From an uncultured Candidatus Actinomarina sp. (GTDB lineage Bacteria; Actinomycetota; Acidimicrobiia; Actinomarinales; Actinomarinaceae), in contig CACNFT010000003.1 of NCBI GenBank assembly GCA_902619825.1, forward strand, positions 10,473-74,472: DNA of 64,000 bases, given 5' to 3'. Positions 10,801-21,539 of this stretch are shown here, in pieces. A model generated the notes under the pieces. The model was not told the origin of the DNA. It saw only the letters and a program-made list of their open reading frames with translations, and did no database searches. Both the position numbers and the translations under genes were made by a program. Within the stretch, counting starts at the first letter, position 1. Each line of letters begins with the position of its first letter.

Positions 10801-11895
10801 TTGAAATCAGCAATAACAGGTTGGGGTAAATGCACGCCCGATAACATTATGACTAACGATGATTTATCAAAATTTGTTGATACTTCTGATGAGTGGATTC
10901 AACAAAGAACAGGTGTAAAAGAACGAAGATTTAGCCATGTAAACACATCAGATATGGCTGAAATTGCTGGTAAACATGCAACAGCCTGTGCAGGTTTAAA
11001 TCCAGAAGATATTGATGTCGTAATCTTGGCTACATGTACTCCAGATAGCATTGTTCCCTCTGCAGCAGCTCATGTTCAAAAAAAACTTGGTGCTGTAAAT
11101 GCTTCTGTTTATGACGTAAATGCTGCTTGTGCAGGTTTTCTATATGCACTTGAGCAAGGAAAAGCATTCGTTGAAAGTAGTCTTTATAAAAGAGCTTTGG
11201 TAATAGGGGCAGAGCATATTACTTGGTTGCTTGATTGGTCTGATAGAAATACCGCAGTGCTTTTTGGTGATGGTGCAGGAGCAGTGGTTATTGAAGAAAG
11301 TAAAAATAAATCAGATGGTGAAATATATTCTTTCTCAAATGGCTTAAGTTCGGACAATTTAGAAATCTTAGAAATTCCTAATTTTGGTTCAGCAATGGAT
11401 AGGTTTAATCCTGACGAAGCAGCCAGAGTGCGTTGGACTTTTGATGGACAGGAAATATTTAAATCTGGTGTTAGAGCAATGGCACAAGCATCAGCAGAAG
11501 CTATTGAAAAATCAGGATTGTCAAAAGAAGACGTAGACATTTTTATTCCACATCAAGCAAATATTAGGATAGTTGAAGCACTTGAGAAAAAACTTGGACT
11601 TCCTAATGCAACTACTATCAAAAAAGTTCATCGATACGGAAATACCTCGGCAGCCTCTATACCAACAGCATTTGTAGATGCTCTTGAAGAGGGTGAGATA
11701 AAAGGTGGAGAAATTGCAGTCTTTACGGCCGTCGGAGCTGGTCTTGCCTGGGGAGCTTGTGCGGTTCGATTAGGAGATCGTGTAACTCCAATAAACAAAT
11801 CAGATGCAAAACTTCCAGATTTTGATGGAACTGCAACCGACACAATTAAAAGAGCAATTGAGTATCAAGTTCCAGATAAATTAGACAAAATATGA
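10801..11895 (+). CDS. fabH: 3-oxoacyl-ACP synthase III
   Basis: AACAGF, FGDGAGA, PHQAN, YGNTS catalytic Cys-His-Asn. Confidence 0.95.
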   Translation: MKSAITGWGKCTPDNIMTNDDLSKFVDTSDEWIQQRTGVKERRFSHVNTSDMAEIAGKHATACAGLNPEDIDVVILATCTPDSIVPSAAAHVQKKLGAVNASVYDVNAACAGFLYALEQGKAFVESSLYKRALVIGAEHITWLLDWSDRNTAVLFGDGAGAVVIEESKNKSDGEIYSFSNGLSSDNLEILEIPNFGSAMDRFNPDEAARVRWTFDGQEIFKSGVRAMAQASAEAIEKSGLSKEDVDIFIPHQANIRIVEALEKKLGLPNATTIKKVHRYGNTSAASIPTAFVDALEEGEIKGGEIAVFTAVGAGLAWGACAVRLGDRVTPINKSDAKLPDFDGTATDTIKRAIEYQVPDKLDKI

Positions 11896-12620
11896 AAACA
11901 GTTTTTGTAACAGGTGCTTCAAGAGGTATTGGAAAATCTATAGCTTTGGAGCTTGGAAAAGATTATCAAGTTATTGTAGGATTCGGAAATTCTAAAGATA
12001 AGGCTGAAGAAGTCGTAGAAGAAATAAAAAAATTAGGTGGTGAAAGTCTTGCTGTTCAATTAAATATTGCAGATAGAAATTCAGTTGATGAGGCGTTTAA
12101 CTTAATAGAAAAAACATATAAAAATGTTGATATTTTGGTAAATAATGCAGGAATTACAAAAGACAATATATTACCAAGAATGAAGGATGATGAGTGGAAT
12201 GATGTTATTCAAACAAACCTAACTGGCAATTTCTATACATCTCAAAGAGCCATAAAAAAAATGATTAAAAACAAATGGGGAAGGTTAATTTTTATATCTT
12301 CTGTTGTGGGGATATCTGGTAATCAAGGCCAAGCAAATTATGCTGCGTCCAAGGCAGGTTTGATTGGGTTATCAAAATCAATTAGTAAAGAAGTAGGTAG
12401 CAGAAATATTACGTCAAATGTTGTAGCCCCAGGATATATAGAAACAGACATGACATCATTTATTAATGATGAAAATAAAGAAAATATTATAGAACAACTT
12501 TCAATAAAACGCATGGGTATGCCAGAAGATATTGCAAACATGGTATCTTTTTTATGCAAAGATGAGTCAGAATATATAACAGGGCAAGTAATACCTATAG
12601 ATGGTGGACTTACAACTTAG
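11892..12620 (+). CDS. fabG: 3-oxoacyl-ACP reductase
   Basis: TGASRGIG, NNAGIT, NYAASK; fab operon context. Confidence 0.95.
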   Translation: MKTVFVTGASRGIGKSIALELGKDYQVIVGFGNSKDKAEEVVEEIKKLGGESLAVQLNIADRNSVDEAFNLIEKTYKNVDILVNNAGITKDNILPRMKDDEWNDVIQTNLTGNFYTSQRAIKKMIKNKWGRLIFISSVVGISGNQGQANYAASKAGLIGLSKSISKEVGSRNITSNVVAPGYIETDMTSFINDENKENIIEQLSIKRMGMPEDIANMVSFLCKDESEYITGQVIPIDGGLTT

Positions 12621-12631
12621 TGGGAGTAAAT

Positions 12632-12871
12632 ATGGAAGTAAATGAAGTTTTTGAGAAGGTAAAAACCCTTTTTGAAGAAGAATTAGGTATCGATTCTGAA
12701 AAAATCAATATGGATGCAAAATTAGAAGAGGATCTAGAAATTGACTCACTAGGCATCGTTGAAGTTGTAATGGCATTTGAAGATGAGTTTGAGATTGAAA
12801 TTGACGACGAAGAGCTCACAGATGTTGGGACTGTTGGTCAAGCAGTAAACTTGTTGCACTCAAAACTTTAA
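12632..12871 (+). CDS. acpP: Acyl carrier protein
   Basis: Acidic protein with DSL phosphopantetheine site; GGAG upstream of ATG 12632. Confidence 0.95.
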   Translation: MEVNEVFEKVKTLFEEELGIDSEKINMDAKLEEDLEIDSLGIVEVVMAFEDEFEIEIDDEELTDVGTVGQAVNLLHSKL

Positions 12872-12874
12872 ACC

Positions 12875-14113
12875 ATGACAAAACAACGAGTGGTTGTAAC
12901 AGGTCTTGGAACAATTAATCCACTTGGAAACAATGTAATTGATACGTGGAATAACTTAACTAGTGGAGTTTCTGGAATAGATCACATTACTTTATTTGAT
13001 GCTTCTGATTTACCTGTGACGTTTGCAGGAGAAGTTAAAAACTTTGATGCAAATGAATATATGGGAAAACAAAATGCAAGAAAGCTGGATCGGTCTGGCC
13101 ATTTATCTATTTTTGCTGCAGAAGAGGCAATTCAAGATGCTGGATTTGATTTAAGTAAACCGCTTGGTGAAGATTTTGGTATTGTATTTGGGACTGGCAT
13201 TGGTGGAATAGGAGCAACGGAAGATGCCGTTAGAGTTTACGATGAAAGAGGATCAACAAGAATAAGTCCCCTAGCAATTACACAATTAATGCCCAATTCA
13301 AGTACAGGTCAAGTTGCAATTAAATACGGAATACAAGGTCCTTCGTTAACGATTACAACTGCTTGCGCAGCTTCTGCAAATGCAATTGGAGAAGCTAAGA
13401 GGATGATTGAACAAAATATTGTTGACAAAGTTCTTGTTGGAGGAACAGAATCTGGTACAACTTCAATGACAATCGGAGCTTTTGCACAAATAAAAGCACT
13501 TTCCAAACAGAATGATGAGCCTCAAAAAGCATGTAAACCTTTTGATAAAAATAGAGATGGATTTGTTATGGCAGAAGGATCTACAGTTTTAATACTCGAA
13601 AGTGAAAGTTCAGCAAAAGATAGGGATGCAAAAATTTACGGATATATCTCTGGATATGGATCCTCAACAGATGCTTACCATATAACTGCTCCGTCAGAGG
13701 GTGGAGTTGGTGCTTTAAGAGCAATGGAACAGGCAATCTCAAACGCTGATATTAGCAAGGAAAAGATTGATTATATCAACGCACACGGAACATCAACGCC
13801 AGCTAATGATTTAAATGAAACACTTGCGATTAAATCACTTATGAACGACTACGCATATGAAGTTAATATCTCTTCAACCAAATCAATGACAGGACACTTA
13901 CTTGGAGGAGGTGGAGCTTTTGAGGCAATGGCATCATTATTATCAATGAAGAATAGTCTCATTCCTCCAACAATAAATCTAAATGATTCAGATGAGGATT
14001 GTGATTTAAATTACACAGCTAATCATTCAATAGAAAAAAATATAGACCATTCAATGTCTAATTCATTTGGTTTTGGTGGTCATAATGCTGTTTTAATATT
14101 CAGTAAACAATAA
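12875..14113 (+). CDS. fabF: 3-oxoacyl-ACP synthase II
   Basis: RVVVTGLG, TACAAS, NAHGTST, TGHLLG, NSFGFGG. Confidence 0.95.
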   Translation: MTKQRVVVTGLGTINPLGNNVIDTWNNLTSGVSGIDHITLFDASDLPVTFAGEVKNFDANEYMGKQNARKLDRSGHLSIFAAEEAIQDAGFDLSKPLGEDFGIVFGTGIGGIGATEDAVRVYDERGSTRISPLAITQLMPNSSTGQVAIKYGIQGPSLTITTACAASANAIGEAKRMIEQNIVDKVLVGGTESGTTSMTIGAFAQIKALSKQNDEPQKACKPFDKNRDGFVMAEGSTVLILESESSAKDRDAKIYGYISGYGSSTDAYHITAPSEGGVGALRAMEQAISNADISKEKIDYINAHGTSTPANDLNETLAIKSLMNDYAYEVNISSTKSMTGHLLGGGGAFEAMASLLSMKNSLIPPTINLNDSDEDCDLNYTANHSIEKNIDHSMSNSFGFGGHNAVLIFSKQ

Positions 14114-14116
14114 AAA

Positions 14117-14896
14117 TTAATCAGGCAACATAGAGCCACCAATAGCATGAGCTCCACCATCAACATGGATTATCTCACCAGTAATGGCTTCGGAGTAATC
14201 TGATAATAAAAAATTGATGACTTTAGCTACTGGTTCAGCATTTTTTGTATCCCACCCTAGAGGTGCTCTTTCATTCCATTCATCATTCATTGCTGAAAAT
14301 CCAGGAATATTTTTTGCTGCGGTTGTGGAAAGAGGGCCAGAGGCAACTGCATTTACCCTAACCTTATTTTTACCAACATAAAATGCAAGATATCTAACAA
14401 TCGATTGTAACGATGACTTTGCAACACCCTGCCAGTCATAACCCGGCCATGCCTGGGAGTTGTCAAAATCGACTGCTACTATCGATGCCCCTTCTTTCAA
14501 TATTGGTAAAAATTCATTGGTTAAAGTTTTTAGTGAAAAAGCTGAAACTTCAAATGATTTAATTGCATCTTCAACATTTGTATTTAAAAAATTCCCACCC
14601 ATTGCCTCAGTTGGAGAAAATGCAATTGCATGAAGAGCACCATCTATGCTTTCATGTTTATCTTTAATTTGATTTACTACTTCTTGTACTTGAACAGTAT
14701 TTTCAATATCCATCTCTAATACATCAATTTCAGCATCAAGTCTTTTTACAGCACGTTTTGTTATGCGAAGTCCGTCTCCAAAACCTGTGGCAATAATTTT
14801 TGCACCATTATCAATTGCAATTTTTGCAGCAGCAAAAGCTATGCTCTTATCAGTCAATATGCCAGTAATTACAAAGGTTTTATCTTTTAAAATCAT
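14117..14896 (-). CDS. fabI: Enoyl-ACP reductase (FabI/InhA type)
   Basis: ITGILTDKSIAF, YDWQGVAK (Y..K), RAPLGWD, IHVDGG. Confidence 0.9.
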   Translation of the reverse strand: MILKDKTFVITGILTDKSIAFAAAKIAIDNGAKIIATGFGDGLRITKRAVKRLDAEIDVLEMDIENTVQVQEVVNQIKDKHESIDGALHAIAFSPTEAMGGNFLNTNVEDAIKSFEVSAFSLKTLTNEFLPILKEGASIVAVDFDNSQAWPGYDWQGVAKSSLQSIVRYLAFYVGKNKVRVNAVASGPLSTTAAKNIPGFSAMNDEWNERAPLGWDTKNAEPVAKVINFLLSDYSEAITGEIIHVDGGAHAIGGSMLPD

Positions 14897-14938
14897 AAGT
14901 TAATGTTAATGATTGCTAAATTACTTGAAATAACTTTT

Positions 14939-15334
14939 TTAATCTTCGACGTTTGGGGTGTAACTCTCACTGCCAGACGATGGTCTTAATTGTCTTCCTG
15001 TGTACAGAGCGAGCGCAATTTCTGTAACACCAAAAATTAAAAATCCATTAAAGTTTGTAAACACAGCAAATCCTATCAAAAGTAACCCTCCAACATAACG
15101 AACGCTATTAATTTGTTTTGCATTTTCCTCTTCCCCACCTAGCAAAAAAATTAAAAGCGCTGCAAATATAACTCCAACACCATTGGCTCGGACAATAGTT
15201 GCCTCAGTAGATGATAAAACTGCATCAGGATTCAAAAGAAACAATTTATAAATTTGCTCCGGAATAACAAATCCAACAATAGATAGTATCAAATAAAGAG
15301 TTGGATCAACTCTATTTATAATTTTATAACTCAT
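14939..15334 (-). CDS. Hypothetical membrane protein
   Basis: About 4 hydrophobic segments; start placed at ATG 15334, 7 nt after TATAAT. Confidence 0.6.
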   Translation of the reverse strand: MSYKIINRVDPTLYLILSIVGFVIPEQIYKLFLLNPDAVLSSTEATIVRANGVGVIFAALLIFLLGGEEENAKQINSVRYVGGLLLIGFAVFTNFNGFLIFGVTEIALALYTGRQLRPSSGSESYTPNVED

Positions 15335-15380
15335 AAATGCAATTATATCCAAAGATAATCATCTTTGTAATCAATTAAGT

Positions 15381-18026
15381 TTAAGATATTTCTGCTTGTG
15401 CAGCAGCTAATCTTGCAGTTGGAATTCTAAAAGGTGAACAAGAAATATAATCAATATCCAATGTATTGAGAAATTTGATTGATTTTGGATCTCCCGCATG
15501 TTCACCACAAACACCTATTTTGATATCTTTATTTACTTTTTTTCCAGCTACTATAGATGAAGCGACTAAATTTCCCACAGTATTTTCATCAATTGTAATA
15601 AAAGGATCAACGTCAAAAATATTTTTTTCTACATATTCGTTTAAAAATTTAGATGCGTCATCCCTTGATAAACCAAGAGTTGTTTGAGTTAAATCATTTG
15701 TTCCATATGAAAAAAAATCTGCGTGTTCTCCAATTTCTGATGAATTCAGGGCAGCACTTGGTAACTCAATCATAGTTCCTATGAAATATTCAAAATTGAA
15801 GTCTGATTCTTTCTTCAAGCTTTCAATTTTTTTGGTTATAATTTTTTTCATTTTTGTAAATTCACTTGCATTCATTATTAAAGGAATCATTATTTCAGGT
15901 TTGATTGTGATCTTTTCTTTTTGATGAATTTCATAACTAGCTTTAAAAATTGCCTCAACTTGCATCTTATAGATTTCTGGATAGCTTAAACCTAAACGTA
16001 CACCTCGATGACCCAACATTGGGTTACTTTCACTAATCCTCGATAAAACTTCTGAAACATATGCTGGTGAAACTCTCAAAGAATTAGCTAACTCAGAAAT
16101 TTCAATATCACTTTTTGGTAAAAATTCATGCATTGGTGGATCAAGTAGCCGAACAGTTATAGGTTTATCTTTTAAAAGCTTAAATATTTCAACAAAATCA
16201 TTTATTTGAAAATCAATAATTTTATTTAATGCTCTCTTTCTACCTTGCTTATTGTTTGCCATAATCATCTCTCTCATAGGAAGTATTCTTTCACCCTCAA
16301 AAAACATATGTTCTGTTCTGCATAAACCAATTCCATCAGCACCAAACTCTAAAGACTTGGTTGTGTCATTTACTGTTTCTGCATTTGCTCTAATTGAAAG
16401 TTTTTTAAAATCATCACACCATGCCATCAAAATATTGAATTCGTCCGTTAATTTAGGAGACTCTAACTCAACTTCCCCAAGAAAAATCTCACCAGTAGAT
16501 CCGTCTAATGAAATTAAATCACCTTCTTCGATAGTTATTTGATCATTTGATATTTTTCTTTCATCTTTGTCAATTTTCAGATTTTCTGCTCCAACTATGC
16601 ATGGTTTGCCCATTCCTCTCGCAACAACGGCTGCATGGCTTGTCATACCACCTTTTGTTGTCAATATTCCTACTGATGCAAACATTCCACTTATATCCTC
16701 TGGACTTGTTTCATCTCTAACTAAAATGACTTTTTTTCCCCTTGCAGCTTCAATCTCCGCTTTTTCTGGATCAAAAACTATTTCACCTACAGCAGCTCCG
16801 GGTGAGGCATTTAAACCTTTTTCAAACAATTTTTTACTAGCTGAGTCTACAAACTGGGGGTGGAGAACTGAGGTAATCTGATCTGCATCAATCATATTGA
16901 TTGCTTCTTGTTTACTTAGTATTTTTTCATTATGCATATCAACTGCAATTTTTACACTTGCTTGGGCTGTTCTTTTTGCATTTCTAGTTTGAAGAATAAA
17001 TAATTCTCCATCTTCAATTGTAAACTCAATATCTTGTGCATCTTTATAGTGAGTTTCTAATTTATCTCCAATAGATTTTATTTCATTAAATAGAGCTGGG
17101 TTTTCTTCTTCAAGGGAGGGTTGAGTGTTCTTTTCATGTTTTCCTATAGGATAAGGTGTTCTTATTCCTGCAACAACATCTTCTCCTTGAGCATTCATTA
17201 AATACTCTCCGTACAATTTGTTTTTTCCTGTAGACGGAAACCTCGTAAAAGCAACACCCGTTCCTGAGGATTCATTTAAATTTCCAAAAACCATAGATTG
17301 AATAGTTGTTCCAGTACCCCAATTGTTGGGTATATTATTAATTTTTCGATAAGCAACAGCTCGTTTGTTTAGCCAGCTTTTAAATACCGCCTCAATTGCC
17401 CCTTTGAGTTGAGTGACAGGGTCTTGTGGAAAAGGATTTCCAGCAAATCTTTCAACAGTGGTTTTAAAAGCATCAATAATCCAACTCAATTGTTCGGAAT
17501 CAAAATCATTATCTTTTTCAACTCCATCGATCCTTTTTTTATTATCAATAATGGCTTCAAACCTATCCATATCAATTTCTAGAACAACATTTGCATACAT
17601 TTGAATTAAGCGACGATATGAATCAAGCGCAAATCTTTCATCATTAAAATTAGATGCCAAAGCATCTACATTTTTGTCATTAATTCCAATATTTAAAATA
17701 GAATCCATCATTCCTGGCATTGATACTTTTCCTCCCGATCTAACAGATAATAAGAGAGGCGTTTTATCATCATTAAATTTCTTTTTTGTTATTTTTTCTA
17801 AGTTAGCTAATGCTTTTTTTAATTCACTATCAAATTTATCTGGAAAAGACTTGTTCTCTATAAAATAATTACAAACCTCTGTTGTTACTGTAAACCCAGG
17901 CGGGACATTAATTCCTAGGGTTGACATCTCTGCTAAATTTGCTCCTTTACCTCCAAGTAAATCCAGCATGGATTTGTCACCTTCAGTTTTGGTGGAGGAA
18001 AATTGGTAAATGAGTTTTTTATTCAT
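15381..18026 (-). CDS. ppdK: Pyruvate, phosphate dikinase
   Basis: LGGKGANLAEM, SMPGMMD, GGMTSHAAVVAR (phospho-His), GLCRTEHMF, GVCGEH. Confidence 0.97.
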   Translation of the reverse strand: MNKKLIYQFSSTKTEGDKSMLDLLGGKGANLAEMSTLGINVPPGFTVTTEVCNYFIENKSFPDKFDSELKKALANLEKITKKKFNDDKTPLLLSVRSGGKVSMPGMMDSILNIGINDKNVDALASNFNDERFALDSYRRLIQMYANVVLEIDMDRFEAIIDNKKRIDGVEKDNDFDSEQLSWIIDAFKTTVERFAGNPFPQDPVTQLKGAIEAVFKSWLNKRAVAYRKINNIPNNWGTGTTIQSMVFGNLNESSGTGVAFTRFPSTGKNKLYGEYLMNAQGEDVVAGIRTPYPIGKHEKNTQPSLEEENPALFNEIKSIGDKLETHYKDAQDIEFTIEDGELFILQTRNAKRTAQASVKIAVDMHNEKILSKQEAINMIDADQITSVLHPQFVDSASKKLFEKGLNASPGAAVGEIVFDPEKAEIEAARGKKVILVRDETSPEDISGMFASVGILTTKGGMTSHAAVVARGMGKPCIVGAENLKIDKDERKISNDQITIEEGDLISLDGSTGEIFLGEVELESPKLTDEFNILMAWCDDFKKLSIRANAETVNDTTKSLEFGADGIGLCRTEHMFFEGERILPMREMIMANNKQGRKRALNKIIDFQINDFVEIFKLLKDKPITVRLLDPPMHEFLPKSDIEISELANSLRVSPAYVSEVLSRISESNPMLGHRGVRLGLSYPEIYKMQVEAIFKASYEIHQKEKITIKPEIMIPLIMNASEFTKMKKIITKKIESLKKESDFNFEYFIGTMIELPSAALNSSEIGEHADFFSYGTNDLTQTTLGLSRDDASKFLNEYVEKNIFDVDPFITIDENTVGNLVASSIVAGKKVNKDIKIGVCGEHAGDPKSIKFLNTLDIDYISCSPFRIPTARLAAAQAEIS

Positions 18027-18053
18027 GAGGTTTGATATTCTTATCTTAATATA

Positions 18054-19097
18054 GTGATGAAAAATATATTAATCGTCGGTACAGGAACAATTGGTGAGCC
18101 GCTAATTGGTCTTCTTGCGCAACATAAGAAAGAACTAGGAATCGATAATGTCTCATTTTTCAAAAGAACTCCACTATCAGATGAAAAAGGGAAAGTAGAA
18201 GCTTTAATTAGAAAAGGTGCAAAACTTGTTGCCACTTCGGAAGCAAAAAATGATTTTGTATCAATGGGCTTCAGTGTTGAACAATTAGAGAAGAGTTATG
18301 AAGAAAACCAAGTAATTATTGACTGTACTCCATCTGGCAATAAAAACTGGGATGAAATTTATTCAAATTTAGACAAAGATAAACGATATTTGGCACAGGG
18401 ATCGGAACATGGATTTGGTCCTTTCTTTGCATGGGGCATAAATAATGATTCTTTGAATCAAGAACAGAATAAATATCTAATAGCATCTTGTAATACTCAC
18501 AATATTGCATCAATAGTAAAAACATTTTCCTTAGATAAGGAGAGAAATCTTAGCGAAGGACGTTTTGTCTGTTTAAGAAGAGCTAATGATGTTTCCCAAA
18601 ATGATTCATTTTCACCTTCTCCAACAATTACAAAACATGACAATCAGGAATTTGGAACTCATCATGCAAGAGATGTTTTTGAATTATTTCAACAAGAAGG
18701 AAAAGATTTAAATCTATTTTCTTCAGCAATCAAGTTACCAACTCAATACATGCACACTTTATGGTTTAATTTATCATTTGAAGAAAATATTGATCTAGAA
18801 AATATTTCAGATGACTTAAAAAATAGTGAATTTTTAATGTCCACTGAAAAACTTTCCTCAAATAAAGTTTTTTCATTTGGTAGAGATCATGGTTATCATG
18901 GAAGACTTTTATCACATGGAATTATTGCAAAGGAATCTCTACATGTAAAAAATAACAATTTAACAGGGTATTGTTTTACTCCCCAAGATGGAAACGCATT
19001 ATTATCCTCTGTTGCAGCATCAGTAAATTATTTTTATAAGGATAGCTGGATAGATAAAATGAGTGTATTCGATAAATACATATTCAAAAACATTTAA
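18054..19097 (+). CDS. Archaeal-type (class II) glyceraldehyde-3-phosphate dehydrogenase homolog
   Basis: GTGTIG, IDCTP, SCNT catalytic Cys, RRAND, HHARDV resemble class II GAPDH motifs. Confidence 0.7.
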   Translation: MMKNILIVGTGTIGEPLIGLLAQHKKELGIDNVSFFKRTPLSDEKGKVEALIRKGAKLVATSEAKNDFVSMGFSVEQLEKSYEENQVIIDCTPSGNKNWDEIYSNLDKDKRYLAQGSEHGFGPFFAWGINNDSLNQEQNKYLIASCNTHNIASIVKTFSLDKERNLSEGRFVCLRRANDVSQNDSFSPSPTITKHDNQEFGTHHARDVFELFQQEGKDLNLFSSAIKLPTQYMHTLWFNLSFEENIDLENISDDLKNSEFLMSTEKLSSNKVFSFGRDHGYHGRLLSHGIIAKESLHVKNNNLTGYCFTPQDGNALLSSVAASVNYFYKDSWIDKMSVFDKYIFKNI

Positions 19098-19102
19098 TTT
19101 TC

Positions 19103-19618
19103 ATGGAAGAAACCCTCACACTAATAACTATTATCACAGTTGTATTAGCGCCAATTATATGGTTGATTGTTACGTTAAATAAAAAAATAAATAAAGCATT
19201 GGAAAAAGCATCAGAAGTTTTGAATTTCCAGATTGATATTCCAGGAAATATCTTTAGAAAGAAAAAAATATTTGGAGAGATAGACGGATATAGATGTGAA
19301 ATAGAAGTTTTTACAAGAAGTCATGGTCGTTCCTCAACAACGTATGTTTCTTTCTATGCATTTTTTCCTCAAAGCTTAGATATGGGTATCAAAATAAATT
19401 GGAAAGGTGAAATTGACGGTGATGACGAGCATCTCACAGAATTATTTATAGAAAGAAATGATTCAAAAATTGAAGAGGCACAAAAAACTCTAAGAAGATT
19501 GAGAGTTTCTGATACTGTTGTAAATTCCAGGAAAATATTATTTATAAAATATTACAAACCAGAAGAAATTGTAAATACTATGCATGAAGTACTAAATCTT
19601 GCTAAATCTTTAAAGTAA
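19103..19618 (+). CDS. Hypothetical protein with N-terminal membrane anchor
   Basis: 171-aa ORF filling the gap, single hydrophobic N-terminal helix. Confidence 0.6.
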   Translation: MEETLTLITIITVVLAPIIWLIVTLNKKINKALEKASEVLNFQIDIPGNIFRKKKIFGEIDGYRCEIEVFTRSHGRSSTTYVSFYAFFPQSLDMGIKINWKGEIDGDDEHLTELFIERNDSKIEEAQKTLRRLRVSDTVVNSRKILFIKYYKPEEIVNTMHEVLNLAKSLK

Positions 19619-19619
19619 A

Positions 19620-20186
19620 TTATTTTATCTTGAAGATTTCTTCTGTTTTTTTATAAACTTTATTTTCAATCGTTTCTAAATTAGATAAAATTTCAGAATC
19701 TATTTTTTCTTTCTCTTTCCATATTGGAACCATAGCGTCCCATACCCCCTCGCCTTTCAATCGTGAATAAATGGAAGCAACTATATGTATGCCGATCAAT
19801 GCATAACTAAGGAATGCTGAAAATTCATGAATTGCAACCGCAAAGTTAATGCCAGGAAGACTGTATGCAAATAAAGCAGCAATAATCAAACCTGTAGTTG
19901 GCAATAAAATTAAAGTTAAATAAACAAGCCTATGGATTGTTTTAGCAATGAATAAATGTCCTTTTGGTATTTCAACTTTGGCACCTAACAAAGTATCAAC
20001 ATCTTTCATATAGAAATATCTAATAAAAACAATCCCCAAAAATATTCCAGCAAAGACAATTTCAACCATGAGTATTGACGGATTATTCAATTGATCTAAT
20101 TCTTCTACTTGTTTAAATATTCCATAGGCATATAACAAAGAAAATGTCCAGTGTATAAACTTAGATGTTTTGGTATGGGTTTTCAC
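19620..20186 (-). CDS. Cytochrome b561-like diheme membrane protein
   Basis: 4 TM segments, IHW, IHRLVY...LPTTG, IHE...IHI heme-ligand pattern. Confidence 0.75.
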   Translation of the reverse strand: MKTHTKTSKFIHWTFSLLYAYGIFKQVEELDQLNNPSILMVEIVFAGIFLGIVFIRYFYMKDVDTLLGAKVEIPKGHLFIAKTIHRLVYLTLILLPTTGLIIAALFAYSLPGINFAVAIHEFSAFLSYALIGIHIVASIYSRLKGEGVWDAMVPIWKEKEKIDSEILSNLETIENKVYKKTEEIFKIK

Positions 20187-20207
20187 AATCTCATTTATTG
20201 TAATTTA

Positions 20208-21539
20208 TTACACTAGCTCAAAAGATTTGATTATATTTTCTAAACCTTCTTTTGCATCGGTAAAGAGCATCTTTGCATTATCGTTAATAAACAGTGGATT
20301 TGCAATACCTGCGTAACCAGGTGACATAGATCTTTTTATAACAATTACTTGTCTTGCAAGGTCTACATCCAGTATTGGCATTCCATAGATTGGAGAATCT
20401 TCATCAGTTCTAGCCAATGGATTAACAACATCGTTTGCTCCCAAAACTAGCACAACATCCGTTGATGAAAAATCAGAATTTATATCTTCTAAAGTAAACA
20501 TATCTTCATAATCAATGTCTACCTCGGCTAAAAGAACATTCATATGCCCAGGCATTCTTCCGGCTACTGGATGTATAGCGAACTTAACTTCAATATTTTT
20601 ATCTTTCAAAGTATTTGTTAATTCTTTGACAGCTGCTTGAGCTTGTGCAACTGCCATTCCGTATCCAGGAACAATAACTACAGATTCTGCATAGCTTAAT
20701 TGAATTGCAACATCTTCTGGAGAGGTGCTAAATGGATCTTTTTCATATTCATTATTAATCGTTGTATTACCAAAACCACCTTTAAGAACATCTAAAAGTG
20801 TACGATTCATTGCAGCACACATGAGGAGTGTAAGAATTATTCCAGATGCACCTACCAAAGCACCAGCTACGATCAAGATAATACTATTTACTATAAATCC
20901 AGCTGACATGGCTGCTATTCCAGAAAGTGAGTTGAGAAAAGCAATCACTACAGGCATGTCTGCACCACCAATTACAGCAACTCGAATAATTCCAGTAATT
21001 AGTGCAACTAGGATAATAAATTCAATTACAAAATTGTCAATTTCCAAAACTGCTGGAATAAAGATAATGACAGGTAGAAATACTGAAAATATATTGGCAA
21101 ATTTTGAACTAAAGTTATTTAATTTTCCACGGAGTTTCATAACTGCAACAAGACTTCCTGAAAAAGTAAACATTCCAATAACCATTGAAAATATTGCTAC
21201 AAAATAATCATTAAAATGTAAGGAGCTATTAGATAACTCAACATATGCGATTGCACCAGAAGCGCCTCCGCCAAAACCATTAAACAAACCAACAAGTTCA
21301 GGCATTTGTGTCATTTGAACTCGTTTTGATATTAAAACTCCAAGAAGTCCTGAAATAACAATTGTGATGTAAAAAGTAGAATCATATTTTGAAAAATCAA
21401 AGTTAAAGGCACTAAATACAGCTAATGCCATAGCTAGCATTGCAAATAAATTTGCTCTATGTGCCGTTGATGGTCTTCCAAAAAGCTTTAAGGCGAATAT
21501 AAACAATACAGCAGAGATCAATAATATTATTTCAATCAT
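20208..21539 (-). CDS. pntB: NAD(P) transhydrogenase beta subunit
   Basis: MTQMPELV, IGGADMPVV, PGYGMAVAQAQ, HPVAGRMPGHMNVLLAE. Confidence 0.97.
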   Translation of the reverse strand: MIEIILLISAVLFIFALKLFGRPSTAHRANLFAMLAMALAVFSAFNFDFSKYDSTFYITIVISGLLGVLISKRVQMTQMPELVGLFNGFGGGASGAIAYVELSNSSLHFNDYFVAIFSMVIGMFTFSGSLVAVMKLRGKLNNFSSKFANIFSVFLPVIIFIPAVLEIDNFVIEFIILVALITGIIRVAVIGGADMPVVIAFLNSLSGIAAMSAGFIVNSIILIVAGALVGASGIILTLLMCAAMNRTLLDVLKGGFGNTTINNEYEKDPFSTSPEDVAIQLSYAESVVIVPGYGMAVAQAQAAVKELTNTLKDKNIEVKFAIHPVAGRMPGHMNVLLAEVDIDYEDMFTLEDINSDFSSTDVVLVLGANDVVNPLARTDEDSPIYGMPILDVDLARQVIVIKRSMSPGYAGIANPLFINDNAKMLFTDAKEGLENIIKSFELV

